Source: Peribolospora baueri (lineage: Eukaryota). Taken from it: 28,064 nt of DNA. Made by a program: the position numbers and the translations under genes. Positions 10,730 through 21,804 of the stretch are shown in pieces. Every line of letters begins with the position of its first letter. Positions within the stretch are counted from its first letter, which is position 1. The DNA lies in NCBI GenBank assembly GCA_029717555.1, contig JAMDHS010000012.1:310001-338064 (forward strand), given 5' to 3'. The notes below the pieces were generated by a model that worked only from the letters and a program-made list of their open reading frames with translations, had not been told where the DNA came from and ran no database searches.

Positions 10730-12617
10730 GGAAGAGCGAGCGGATCCATACGCGGGGACGTGGTAGTGCACACGGCGCCTGATGTCTGTGTCTGTCACGA
10801 GGAAGCGGAAAGGAATGGCGGGAAGGAGAATGGAAATAAAAGAAATAGATTGTCAATTCTCTCCCGAACTCGTTTGCGCCCAGTTGACCGGGCCGCCTTC
10901 GCTTTGCCTTTGCCTTTGCTTTCGTCTGCGCCTCTCGCAAGCCTTTCTAAGTGTTTAAGCGTGGATAGGCCAGGCGGGTGTGTGGCGTTGAAAGGGAGAG
11001 AGAAGCGATGCCCTGTTGTGGTGCTGGTCGTCCGCTTGCTTGCTCAACGCGAGCCGAGGGTCGGTCAGGGACCGGGGGCGGATGGGGGATGCGACGGAGA
11101 TTTGCGGCGTTTTCTTCCCCGCCCGTGTTCGTTCATCCCATTTACGCGCACAAGGGAGCCACGTGGGCCTCATGTCTCGTCTGACGTCGACGTCGTTATT
11201 GTGCTCGCCGGCTCACCGCTGTGGCCTCTGACGTCTCGAGCGTGACGCCGTCCTACATACACTACACCACACCGCCTCTTCCTTGTTTGTCCGTCCGCTC
11301 ATCCACGTTCGACCGCCTTGGCTGCCGCCCGGGTCTTACCGATCCACGATGGCGAGCCGTCCCTGCGCTGTGCCGTCCGTCGCCGTCGCCCGAGACGCTC
11401 TCGTTGTGCTCCCCATGACGTCCGTGCGCCCCCTCTGTCTACTCGATGGGTGGATGATGTATCGTCGATGTGGATGATGCCGATGACGATGACGATGTTT
11501 GGCGTACGCTCCAATTGCTTCTCCGCCTTTTCACCCCATCGGCGACCCTCCATCCCATCTCTCCCTCTCCCTCCCCTCGGCTCGCTCTCGACCGGCACCC
11601 TCCCGACCTCGTCCTCGTCCCCCTCCTCGCCTCGCCCTCCCCTCTCATCTCGCTGTCGCCGCCTATCCGGATTGTGGACGGCCTGTTTGGCAGCGGCGAC
11701 AAGCTCCCTCCACAGCGAGCTTGCAGCGAGCTTGTTTGGCCCGTCCGCTCTTCGCCCACTCACATTGTTCCCTCTTCAGATCAACTCCTCAGCCGAGCCG
11801 GGCCGCTCACGTGTGCCCTACCCTAACCCTCTTCTCGCCTCCAGATGCTCTTTTTCTTTTCTTTCTTCTTCCCTTGTTCCGAGCCTGAGCCGCTCGTCCG
11901 GCCCTCGTGCGTCAACGAGCGTCGACCGGAGACGGGTCTCGGAACGACAGCGTCATCCTCGAGACGCCGCCGCAGGTGGGAGAGCAGAGTAGAGCAGAAC
12001 GGAGCAGAGGTGTAGTGAAGACTGGCTGTCAATTTGAAGCTTCGAGTAAGGTCCATCGGTTCGGCCAATACAGATGATTTGCGATCTTGCACACCCTACC
12101 CGCCTGCCTGGCCGACAGCTCCCTTGATCGGCCTGGCTTAGTTGGCCGAGCCGGGCACGATACGATAAGAGAACGGGACGATGGGATGGATAAATGCGCA
12201 AATAAGGATCTCCGAGCGTCACCAGAGCTAGCCTCCGACCTGCCCGCGTCCGTCGGTCCGTCGGTCGCTTTTTTCGCGTCCCCTCTCTCTACTCCCCCTC
12301 ACATCCCGCCTCCATCCCCTTTCTTCTCGACAATCTCCGCCTTCCTTCAACCTCTCCTTCGCCCTTCGCTTCATATCGTTTTCCACCATTCATCTCCCAA
12401 CTTTGTCCCGCTGTTTTCTCGCCTTCTCACCGATCCACACTCAACGTCCTTGCCTGACCTGACCTGACTTTCGTCCAAACAACCAGACCTCCCACCTTCC
12501 CCACGTCGGCGCCTTTCTCTTTTTCCCTTCGGCCCACACTGATCGCTTCCTTTGCCTCGTCTAGTCCTTCCCGACATTCTACTTCCTCAACCGCACATCC
12601 TGTCCGCACGCACGAAC

Positions 12618-15600
12618 ATGGCCTCCCGCTCCTCGGCGCCTTTTCAAGGAGTCTCGACGCATACAAGCAACGTCAGGCGCGGGATCATGCCTCCGCAAGG
12701 CAACCCTTCCGGATGGACGGTGTCCGGTCAAGAAGACGCTTGGCCGCCACTCGGAGCGAACGTCCCCAAAGACGACCGCCGCCAGCATCCGAAGAAGCCC
12801 GATCCGACGATGACGACGAACGGGAACGCCGCCATCTCCACTCACCCTCCGCCCCGCGCCAGGTCGGAAGAACGGACTGGGGCGGAACGCGGTCACTTCG
12901 ATGACGGGGAGCGGCTCAGCCGGTCCGTCTTCGTGGCAAAGTGAGTGTGACTCTCCTTCCCCACTCACTCGCCTTCGCAGACGCGTGTATGCCTTCACGC
13001 TTTCCCTTTTCGCCTCGCCCTTTGCGATGCCCAGCCTCAATCCCCGCCCTCTCGACGAACACGCTAAGCCCCTCATCGCCGGCCACTTCAATCAGTGGGG
13101 CACTGTCGAGGAAGTCAGGCTTGTTCGCGGCAAGACGTCCGGCCTTTGCAGCGCCATCGTCATCTTCGAGGTGAGCCGAGCCCCTCGTCCCGGGTCGTTG
13201 TTCCTCTCTCAACCGCGAGTTTTCGGCTCGCCTCTTGACGGTGGCGGCGTAGACTACGAAGGGCGCCACGGATGCCGTGAAGTACGGCACTGGGTCGGTT
13301 TTGGACGGTAAGCACCTCCATTTCTCGTTGTCGTCGCCACGCGCTCACACTCGATTCTCCAAGCGTTCTGACGCATGTGCCCGGCTTTCCCACATGCCCC
13401 TTCAGACCGGGTCCTCCGAGTGGAGCCCAAGAAGACGTTCAAGGTCCTTCGCATGACCGCCCACGCTCCCATCCAACTCAACCAGCTTGGTCTTGTTCTG
13501 CCCGGGTATAAGGGGCACGAGATACTGGACCTGACGGTTGAAGTGAGTTTATGGTTCGAGTTATGCCAGCCGGTCTCGAAGTTCTTAGCCTCAGTAAAGC
13601 AGAGCTCCCATTCGCTCCGCTCGGCTCCTTTCATGGGTCTCACCAGCCATCGAGCGTGCCCCCTTCCCACCCTCTCTCTCCTTCTGTATTGTTTTCTCAG
13701 CTTGCGGAGGCGATAGCGTCTCAGTTTGGCCAGATCGTCAAGCATCCTCGGCCTCGGTTTTATAAGTACGGGCAGAATAGGGTGGTGAAGGTCGAGTTCA
13801 TCCATCGACCCAGCTGCATCGAGGCTTTCAACGTGAGTTCGTCTGTGTCGCTGCCACGTTCGTATCGGCGCCACGGAAGACTGAATGAATGCATGCGCGT
13901 TCCTCTGTAAACTCTTCGATATCTTTGTCAGTGGCTCGTCCATTTACAGCATGGCAAAGCGGAAAAGGCGATTGACGTTTCGATCGTCAAGAGTGAAGAT
14001 CCCTGGCATATCTGGGATGACCAGAAGAAGGGTTTTCGCGAGAGGGACCGCGGAAGACCCTTCGGTGCCCGACGCAAGAACCGCAAAGAGGACGGATGGT
14101 TCACCGAAGCCGGTACGGCGAGTGGCGGCCCTCTCCCGAAGGTGAATTTCGAAACGGTGTCTGATCTCGCCACAGATGGACAGGACGCCTCGGGTAGCTC
14201 CTCCCCCCCGTTTCGGTACACCGAGATGCTCAAGTCGTCCGAAGAGAGCGTTACTTGGTCGCCGCCTTCGAAATTCAATTCCGGCAGTCGTGTCGGGAAC
14301 GGGCCCGTTGCGCCACGTTCGGAAACCGTCCTCGCGGCTGGAATATCCTCCGCTGCCGACGAGCATGTTCCTTCTTCGACCCCCGTATCTTCCCCTACGT
14401 CGGCTCTTCAAACTGCCAACCTTGATATCCACGCTTCAAAAGCGCGTACCAAGCCTGCCATCGCACACCTCCCAGCCCTCGCCCGTCAAAGAAGCTCCAA
14501 GGCGGCACAGTCACCAGCAGCACCGACGGCGGCAACCTCTGTTGGGGTGGAAGTATTCCCCTTAGACGGTCATGTCACATCAGACTACGTTCACAAGTGG
14601 TTCCAGAACTACGGCCCCATCAGCGAGCTCATTCTCACCAGCAACGAGTCGATCGAAGAACAGCACGCGCTTATCCAGTGAGTGAGCGAAGCGACGGGGT
14701 CGAAATGGCGACCTGACGTGCCTCCGTGTGATGCGCGTCTGACAGTTTTTGGCTACTGCTATGGGCAGCTTCTTCCATTATCAGCACGCTCAAGAGGCTG
14801 TGAAGCGCGAGAACGGAAGGCACTTGGGAAATAGGGCATTGACGGTGAGTACGTTCGCGTCGTTCTAACGTCGCACCTTCTCAGACGGCAATGAACGTCT
14901 TTTTTTCTTGTGCCTCCCGTCATCCGCAGGCACGCTTGCTGGACCCAGCCCCTTTACCTGTGCTGGTTGCTTCGAAGCAGCAAGCCCGGTCTGAGCCAGA
15001 CCTAATGCAGATACCGAGAGCGCCGTCGCCTTTCACAGACCCAGGCAAATCACGTTTGCGAAAGTTAGAAGGAGTTGTTACTCTGTTCCTCGATGAAGAC
15101 GGAAAGCAACCGTCGGAGCATATTGGGACGCGGACTCCTTCCCCTCCAGCTCGCGAAGCTGCTGAGGTGCAAACGAGGTCGGGACACCTTGACGAAGGGC
15201 ACTCCGTAAGTTGCCATTGCTATCTTCTGTCTCCTCTCTCCCACCTAGCTCTGTACCGAGGGATACCAACGTTCCGCCTTCGTCCCTGCCCTTACCGAAG
15301 CAGTCGAATTCTACACAGCAGCACGAACAGACAGCAGGGTCTCCTACACCACCGAGCCCCGTCGTTCTCCGCCCCCTCGCCTTCTTCCACGGGCCCAGTG
15401 GCTTGGTGCCCGTGTACGCCCCGGAGGATCTCGAGGCTCATTTCAAGACTCGCACGGAGTCGTCGACCTGGATGTCGCCCTGTTTCAGCGCGTACTCTCC
15501 TGGTCTGTACCCATACCCAGTGCCGTCGCCCCTTCCCGCGGGCAGTGGAAACACTATGGGCGTAGACTTGTAAGTTCGAGGTAGCTCTCCTCATAATCAT

Positions 15601-16270
15601 CGATGGCTGCACATCCAGCGAATGGAGCTGACTCCATGTCTTTTCATAACGTATTAATAGTTTCCCATATCAGTCTCATCAGCAGCTTCCCATCTCACCC
15701 GCCTTCGTGTCGAGCCCCATTCCCAGTCAGGTCATTGTGCCGGATCAGTTTCCTCAGGTTTATCCTCGCGATTACAGCACAGCACAGCATCAGGGTGTGC
15801 TCCAAGGCGCTTCAGTCCTCGGTGCGTGGCCTCTGCCGTCCTTGGTCCCTCTCCAACCCGTTCCGGGATGGTCTACAGTTAGCGCGGCTCAACGACCCAC
15901 CTCGCACGCTCCGTATAAAGGCAGGGGAGGAGAATCAGGCTTTTCAGGAGCGGGCGGGCGTTCCTTCCAGAGGAGGGGTTCCAAGTTCTCCCGTCCGATG
16001 GTCCTACCTGCGCCCCCGCACGGCCCCATGTTCGAGCAAGTTCGCCGAGGCTCAACAGGCTGGAAGCCGACCGCGGGCCCTACCTTCGGTCCTGGCAATG
16101 CGGGCGCGTCGGGCTTCTTCCCCGTTATAACACCAGCTCCTGCGAGCGACATGATACATGGCGCCGTCGTCCCACGCACACCCACCATGCTCCTGCCTCG
16201 ACCCCTTACCGGGCCTCCTGGGCCCCCCTGGGCCGGTTCGCCGACCGCGTACGGTTTGCGCCCGCGTTGA
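12618..16270 (+). CDS. Multi-RRM RNA-binding protein (~918 aa), Rim4/Mug28-like architecture, with long Pro/Gly/Ser-rich C-terminus
   Basis: Predicted exons 12618-12940, 13035-13170, 13253-13307, 13406-13542, 13701-13832, 13932-14677, 14769-14844, 14930-15205, ~15304-15569, 15661-16270 (phases consistent; the acceptor near 15303-15321 is uncertain). RRM1: SVFVANL..HFNQWGTVEEVRLVR..AIVIFE..DAVKYGTGSVLDDRVLRVE. A degenerate RRM2 follows (ASQFGQIV..VKVEFIH). RRM3: VEVFPL..WFQNYGPISEL..HALIHF..AQEAVKRENGRHLGNRALTA. Confidence 0.75.
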
Positions 16271-17266
16271 CGCGATGACTTTCGTCTTCCATCTCCGTTC
16301 TACTCCTGTACCGATTTGACTTTTGCACGTGTCCGTACTTTCAATTCATCGTATCATTTGTGCTCGTCGCCGATGAACCGACGGTCCGGGGGAACGAAGG
16401 ATGAGGGAAGCGAAGGGGAAGAGAAAACTATAGCAGAGGGAGGACAAGTAGAGGAGGCGAAAATGCGGATGGCGTTGGCGTGAGGAGCAAAATCACCGGG
16501 GGCACACCCGCCAAGTCATTTTGGAGCAGCGCGAGCCTGGAATGGGCCGGGCTGGCTCGGCCATAGACCAGCCAAGGGTCGTCGCCGTGCGGTCGTCACC
16601 GGGCCATTGTCCCCAAGACTCTTAGTGAAGAAATTTGTGGACAGGCGGCTGTGGGTCCAGAACTGGCGTTAGACGTTTGTGAAAAGCGAGACGAGATGCT
16701 GCCGCCATACCGCCTGTCCTCCAGTGAGGGAAGGAAGGAACCGACGCGCGTCTTGAACAATACCAACACGTCGGTTCGCTCGCTCGCACGACGCCGCCCG
16801 CATTGACACCGCACCCTGTGGCGACGAGCCGTCTACGCTCCCATCGAGAGGGGGAGATCTGTGGGCTTTCGAGAGTGGACGTGCGTGCTCCAAGGAAAGG
16901 GGAGGGAGGGTGGGGCGGTGAAGAGGCGGAGGGACGTCAAGACGAGGTCGATCGCGGGGATACGACTGAGCGCGCGGCAGCAAACTCGTTTGCCTGTAGG
17001 ACGAATAGATGAGTGGGATGTAGAAACCGAGGGTGACGAAAGAGTGGACAAACTAACTTTGCTCATAGGTGAGTTTACGAGCAGGTGGATGAGTGCCTTT
17101 TACGCGTGGCCGGATTGACTATGTCCGATGACCATTCCAGAAGGTAAATTAACGTGGTGTACGATGGGGGAAAACCAAGAAAATCAAAGAAAGAGATGAC
17201 GTGGACGACGGATATTTTGCCCCGCCCGACCGTCTAGCAGCCTGGCTAGATGGTCTCGACCGTCGC

Positions 17267-19481
17267 TCATAGCTCCCCGTGCACCCGACTGGACGGCGCC
17301 GGTGCGCCATTAAAGATGCTCTGCGCCAATTGATCCACGCCACCCATGCTGATTCCATCCGTCTGATCGCGGGTGAGGAACCACACGACGAAGAAAAGCG
17401 CCACCGCCATGAGGAGACACACGCCGAGGATGGACCCGCCGATGATGGCGAAGAACTTCATCATCTCGTACCGCTCCTCCTGCGCCGCCTTCGTCTTCGC
17501 CTCATCGCTCAGCGGATGGGCCTCTGCCACCGCCCCGGCCGAGTCGGCCTGCCCTGCAAGGGGTGCAATACCGGCCGCGGAGAGACGCAGCGCAGACGGT
17601 GTAGGTCGGCCCATGGCGAGCGCGCGACGTTCCTCCACCATGGCAAGGACGCCGGCCTTGCGAGCGTCATTGGAGCCACCGGCGTCTTGCTCCTTGGTGA
17701 TCCAGGACGGGAAGTGTTCTTCGCACCAGTATTCAATCTGGGAGTGGGTAGGCGCGGTAGAAGATGACCTGAAATCAGTACCGGCCTCGGACATAACACG
17801 CGCAGCCGAGTCAATGGTACTCCGAATAAAGCTGAAACGAGACCCTTTCCCTCCTCATGCGAGCAGCTCGTCTGATCGACTGACCTTTCCCAAAACAATG
17901 CTCCACCGGAGAAAGTTGGGATCGTCGGCGGTGACCTTGGCGTGGATGATTCGGCAGTACTCGAGGAAGGAATAGGCTACGTCGCGGGGGTTCACCGCCT
18001 TGAGGATCAACTAATGGACGTAAGGGATAGAATAGAGGGAGAGCGAAGAATTGCTGAGAGAATTAGAAATCCATCCAGAAGCATTTCGGCCTAGCGCTCG
18101 CCGCCGCAAGTACGTACTTGCACGGCCTTGCCCTTGCGAATCTTGACATTCCGTCGGTAGACGTCTGGGTTTGCGGCCAGCTCAGCAAGCGTGGCGATGG
18201 CCATGAGCTGAGGGATGGCGCAAAAGTTGAACACGCTCTGATTTTTGAGCATGCTGAGATAATCGAGGCTCTCAGTGGCATGGCTGATGGCATCGAGGAG
18301 CATGGCACTGAGGACATGCATCGCCGCCTTCCCCGTCTCACTCTCCTCCGCCTTATATCTCCGCTTCTCCGGAGCGGCGCTCTCGGAAATGGGGTGGATG
18401 AACTTGCCCATATCCTCCTGGCTCTCAAAGCCGAATTGGGCGTAGATTTCCTTAGGCCAAAAGAACCTCCTTTGCTCGACATCCTCCGCATAATCGCGAA
18501 TGATGTTGGTCTTCTGGAGGAATAGGCCCATGTGGTTGCTCAGCTGGAGCTGCAGGCCAACCTCGGGCCTCTCGAGCCCAGATTGGGAGAAAAGCCTGGA
18601 GAGACCTTCGCCTACAAGGCCAGCAACGAAGTGGCAGTAGAGGTCGTAGTCTTCGACCTTGTCCACGGCGAGAGGCGACTGGGAAGAGGCGAGCGCGTAG
18701 GATGCCATGCCACCCCCCATCTTGGCAGTGATGTCGGTAATGATGGCTCGGTAGCTATGGAAATTTTATAGAAAAGGTCTGAGCGATCGCATCCGACGAA
18801 AGACCGGATGGAATGCAATGTCGACCTCACTCACCCGTCGGGCAGACGCTGCATCTCTGCAATAACCTTGTCAAATTCGACCAGCAGCTGGCGATCCTTT
18901 TCATTCGGACCGCCTTCACGAAGAAACGCAGAGGTTCTGTGAGATAAGACAAAAAAAACCGAGGAAAAGAGGTAGCCAGTGCGACCGTCACGTACTCTCT
19001 GTAAACGTCCACCCCGACTGATCGAGCCTCTTCCAAAAGTGGGTGAGCTCCTCGACCTTGCGCTCGATGGGGATCGTCATGTCGTCCTCGATGGTGTCCA
19101 AGCCTCGGAGGACGAGATAGAACAGACACACCTACGGGAAGAAGGGAGAAGAGCAAAGATACCGAAGGTTAACGAGTGGTACCCTAATTCCGGCTTCAAA
19201 GCCGAGCCTTTCCCCCTTCTGCTCCAGACCCTCCGCGACGCACGGTGCCGACTCACCACCTTCGCGAGCTCCCCCTGCAGCTCCTTGATGACGGCAGAAA
19301 AGCTTCTGCTCGTCATGTCCAAGAATTCCCAGCATCGCTTCATCTCGTCCCGGTCAAACCCTGCCTCGGGATTCTTCGTGATGTCGTTCAACGGGTCACG
19401 CCACAACTTGTAGTTGATCATCGCCCGAAGCTCTTCCGGGTGAGTGACGGCGAGGAGAAGGTAAGGAAGGAATTTGGACAT
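17267..19481 (-). CDS. ERG9: Squalene synthase (farnesyl-diphosphate farnesyltransferase), ~557 aa
   Basis: Predicted exons 19481-19257, 19131-18996, 18913-18835, 18754-18118, 18010-17885, 17737-17267. Motifs: TSRSFSAVI, FYLVLRGLDTIEDDM, YDLYCHFVAGLVGEGLSRLF, MGLFLQKTNIIRDYAED, FNFCAIPQLMAIATL, VKIRKG. A C-terminal hydrophobic transmembrane anchor is present. Confidence 0.97.
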
Positions 19482-19559
19482 GATGGGCGGGTGGGTATGG
19501 GAGAATGGAGAAAAAGGTGGGGGTAAAGGGTCAGACGCGACCTCTATTTGGAGGTTATA

Positions 19560-19591
<32 letters not shown>

Positions 19592-19816
19592 CGCGGCGTT
19601 CTCCTCCCACCGCCAGCGCCCCACCCGCGTCTCCGCGCTCGGTCTTCTCAACCCGTCCCAGGGCATGGGGCAACATCATAACCCTACTCCCTGCTCAGGC
19701 CCCCGCTCGCCGCCGCAGTCGATCATTCGCACCCGATCGGGATCGATGGTTCGACGTCCGAGCACGACTCACCTTTTATCTCTCGTCAATCATCTCCTGC
19801 TTTGCCTCTGCTATCC
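19482..19816. promoter_or_regulatory. Compact divergent promoter / 5' UTR region shared by ERG9 and IBA57
   Basis: 335 bp between head-to-head start codons (19481 on -, 19817 on +). Individual elements are not defined. Confidence 0.55.
19561..19590. repeat. (CGT)8 trinucleotide microsatellite with a degenerate extension, between the ERG9 and IBA57 start codons
   Basis: cgtcgtcgtcgtcgtcgtcgtcgttgtcgt seen directly. Confidence 0.9.
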
Positions 19817-21804
19817 ATGTCTGCAAGACGCTCACTCTCGCGCTTCATCCCTCGCTTTCAGGGGACAGCTGCCCCACTCTGTCTGACGTCGGGCCAAAGA
19901 CCATTCCGTCAATCTGGCCGACAGCCGGCGATCGCTTCCTCTCCGGCTTTCCTCGTCCCGTCGTCCTCTTATTCCCCGACCCTATTGCGTACCTTCACCT
20001 CCACTTCTGCCCGCCGTTCCTCCTTCCGACATGCTCCAGTGGAGAACAAGGGTCTGATTGAGATAGCGGGCCAAGACGCGGTGAAGCTGCTGCAAGGCCT
20101 TGTCACGAGTCATATGCCGCTCATAGAGAGGGGTGGGGATGGACTTTACACCGCTTTTCTTAATCCCACGGTGAGCACTTGAGTGGTGAGGGAGCGAGGA
20201 GATGGGATGCCGGAACGGTCTGTCGCTGTGCTTGTGCTGAATATGGTACTTTGTGTTTCTGTCGCTGTTGGACTTCCACAGGGTCGTCTCCTGGCCGACG
20301 CCTTCATCTACCCTCTAAACCCGGGCCCCTCCCCTTCCTCCTTCCGCACCTCCGCCCACCCTCCCGCCTTCCTTGTGGAAGTTGACCTTGCAGCTCTCCC
20401 CGATTTGCTCAAGTTTATCAAGAAATTCAAGCTCAGGAGCAAGGTCACGCTTAGGGATGTGAGCGAGGAATGGCGTGTGTGGGCTCTTTGGAAGCAGGTG
20501 GGCGGGGATGAGGAGTTGGAGGTGGAGGTGGAGGTGGAGGTGGAGGTGGAGGCGGCAGATGGGCAGGAAGGTATGGCACATCGCCATCAGACTGCGGTTA
20601 AACCGCCTGTAGGGAGCATGCTCAAGAGGGAAGGGGAGAGGCTTAGTGATATCGGCATACGAGATCATAGAAGCCCGGATATGGGATGGAGGATGGTCCT
20701 CCCCACGGACGAGCAGCGTGCGTGCCTTGCCTCGCCTCTGTCATTCCTTATGTGTTCTCACAGCCCACTTCACTGACACCGCTTGCTTGATTTGTATTGG
20801 TTCTACCTTTGGGTTCCTTTTTGGGCGACCTACAGCCAACCTTGGGCCGCGCTTGGGCAAATCCCTTCTTCAGCCCTTCGAGGAGTACACTATCCACCGT
20901 ATTCTTCAAGGTGTTCCGGAGGGTGTCCAGGACTTCTGGCCTGGTCAGAGCCTGCCTTTGGAGAGCGGCTTGGATTACATGAGTGGAGGTAAGCTATCCC
21001 TTCTGTACAGCAAGTACGTTGTCCCCTCACCGTCGGATCCGCTCGTTTTTTATTGCTCTTATCTTTCGTCTTCGACGCTCTTCTCTCCTCAGTCGACTTC
21101 CGTAAAGGATGTTACGTCGGTCAAGAGCTGACCGCTCGGACGTATCACACTGGCGTAACGCGCAAGCGAATCATTCCCGTGCAGTTCTACGAGCCAGGGA
21201 CGACGTGAGTGGACTAGTGTGACCCTCATTTGAATGTTTTATGGCCTTCTCATTGATGGTCACCTAACCCTGCCTTCTCTCGCGTCTTAACCATGGCACG
21301 TGTTCCCATCTTTCCTATCTCCAACCCCTTATTCCTACATCTACTTTCTTCGTTAGCCCGCCGTCCAAGCTCGCCATCGACCGAACCTTTACCTCACCTC
21401 TTCCACCCCCCCAAACCGACGTACGCTCCACCCCCCTCGCCACGTTGTCAGGCTTGTCAGGCTCTGAAGAACAAACCTCAGCTAAGGAACCATCCGTGCA
21501 AGGTCAAGCGCGGCCCCCCCGATCTCGCTCGGCTGGAAAGCTGGCCTCGACGGTGCACAATGTTGGCCTCGCCCTGCTCAGGCTTGAGCAAGTTCAGAAG
21601 GACGGGTTGGGCTTTTTCGTCGAAGACACGTCTGCTGCTACTCCGGACGACCTAGAAGGCGGGAGAGTCGCCGGAGGGGGACGGGTGGCGAAGAGGTGGG
21701 CCATCCAGCCTTTCACGCCGAGCTGGTGGCCTAGGGAGGACGAGGCGGAGGCGGAGAGCGAGGGTGGGAGGGGGAGGGATGTTGCTGGGGTGGAACAACA
21801 ATGA
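19817..21804 (+). CDS. IBA57: Mitochondrial [4Fe-4S] cluster assembly factor Iba57/Caf17 (GcvT/YgfZ-like), ~500 aa
   Basis: Predicted exons 19817-20170, 20282-20717, 20836-20988, 21093-21204, 21357-21804. Motifs: [50 protein letters not shown], and the YgfZ/Iba57 signature [16 protein letters not shown]. The N-terminus is Arg/Ser-rich, like a presequence. Confidence 0.93.
20519..20551 (+). repeat. (GAGGTG)5+ hexanucleotide repeat encoding [11 protein letters not shown] within IBA57 exon 2
   Basis: Seen directly and in frame with the IBA57 ORF. Confidence 0.9.

Noticed and set aside
10682..10800. Cryptic peroxisomal targeting of FUM1 through its C-terminus or readthrough
   Set aside because: It ends in PKA*, the stop is TAA-G, and I found no nearby SKL-type ending.
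10760..12467. Protein-coding gene in the FUM1-RRM gap (e.g. ORF 11318-11992)
   Set aside because: Translations are low-complexity and no consistent exon chain could be built. The region is kept only as a possible non-coding leader.
15206..15248. 43 nt intron using the TAG acceptor at 15248
   Set aside because: It is far shorter than other introns here and shifts the next exon out of the frame that joins the last exon. Acceptors at 15303-15321 fit.
16271..17266. Hidden gene or structured RNA between the convergent RRM and ERG9 genes
   Set aside because: Only short unremarkable ORFs and a weak GC hairpin near 16545-16562 are present, consistent with 3' UTRs and spacer.
8099..21804. Possible metabolic or biosynthetic gene cluster (FUM1, ERG9, IBA57)
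   Set aside because: The genes belong to different core pathways and compartments and are interspersed with unrelated genes. No tailoring enzymes, transporter or pathway regulator lie next to ERG9.
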